Part shown: piece after piece, positions 63,516-64,000 of the stretch | Layout of the letters: the number at the start of each line of letters is the position of its first letter | Position numbering within the stretch: the stretch's first letter is position 1 | Source: Lama glama | Taxonomy: Eukaryota | Direction of reading: 5' to 3' | DNA length: 64,000 nucleotides | NCBI GenBank assembly: GCA_028534125.1 | Contig: CM052818.1 | Coordinates: 1,490,001 to 1,554,000, forward strand | Made by a program: the position numbers and the translations under genes | The notes under the pieces: generated by a model | The model's input: the letters and a program-made list of their open reading frames with translations, nothing else | Told to the model about the DNA's origin: nothing | Database searches by the model: none

Positions 63516-64000
63516 TTTTGCAGTCATTGTAATAAAGACATATTCAGGCAGGAATCATCACTAGACACTAAATCTAGTGGGGAAATTTTAGTAAGAAGTG
63601 GTCTATTTGTGTAGCCTTAAATTATCTCACCAGGATTACTTATTAATAACAAGACAAAAATTGTAGTTAGACACCATCTTTACCAGGTGGTCAGAATTAA
63701 CATCACAATTGGGGATGATTGTGTGCCTCTGAGTGGGGTGCCCTGAGAGGGCTACAGCATTTCTTACGTGTACCGTTCTGACCTGGAGTGCATAACACGA
63801 ATCTAATTTATGAGGAAACATCACAGAAACTTAAAACGAAGAGCATTCTATTATGAGAGAGAGAGAAGAGAGAGGGAGAGAGAAAGAAAGGAAGGAAGGA
63901 AGGAAGGGAGGGTTTGTTTTTCAAAGATACCAGTCATAAAAGATATAGAAAAACTGAAAAACTGTTTCAGATTAAAGGGATCATGACAGCTAAATGTCCT
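63516..64000 (+). mobile_element. L1MC-type 3' region containing a GA-rich simple repeat (63855-63912)
   Basis: attcaggcaggaatcatca, aattaacatcac, atgaggaaacatca, aactgtttcagattaaagg...catgacagctaaatg. Confidence 0.75.

Larger units (their letters stand above)
1..64000 (+). other. EXOC6B: Internal portion of the EXOC6B (SEC15B) gene: two coding exons plus long introns; no gene start or end in the window
   Basis: Two + strand exons join in frame to ...DVEDEEDDEE|VPGAQDLVDFSPVYRCLHIYSVL, a Sec15-family sequence. VPGAQDLVDF matches my recollection of EXOC6B rather than its paralog EXOC6. No CpG island or other recognisable gene seen. Confidence 0.92.

Overview
Mammalian, AT-rich, repeat-dense genomic DNA, very probably from a camelid (tRNA-derived Vic-1-like SINE and camelid-type L1 3' ends). 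The whole window appears to lie inside the exocyst gene EXOC6B (SEC15B) on the + strand. Only two coding exons are clearly present: 32165-32341 (177 nt) and 50594-50662 (69 nt), both phase 0-0 with AG/GT boundaries, separated by an 18,252-bp intron. The rest is intron, dominated by LINE-1 (mostly antisense to the gene), L2/MIR, MaLR/ERVL LTRs and DNA transposons, with two N gaps. I see no prokaryote-type system; apart from the one that overlaps the second exon, the supplied ORFs are repeat remnants or noise. The most notable observations are: (1) a candidate 9-nt in-frame microexon at 12882-12890 whose donor is shared with two poison-type acceptors; (2) a ~764-bp inversion that splits a MER76-like LTR and an L1MC; (3) two independent young-L1 insertions at the same homologous site of two MLT1 LTRs, truncated at almost the same L1 position; (4) a composite L1 with two tandem 5'UTR-ORF1 modules; (5) a four-level transposon nest whose innermost L1 is hidden in an undersized gap. 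Repeat family names come from recalled consensus sequences, not a database search, and boundaries of old repeats are approximate.
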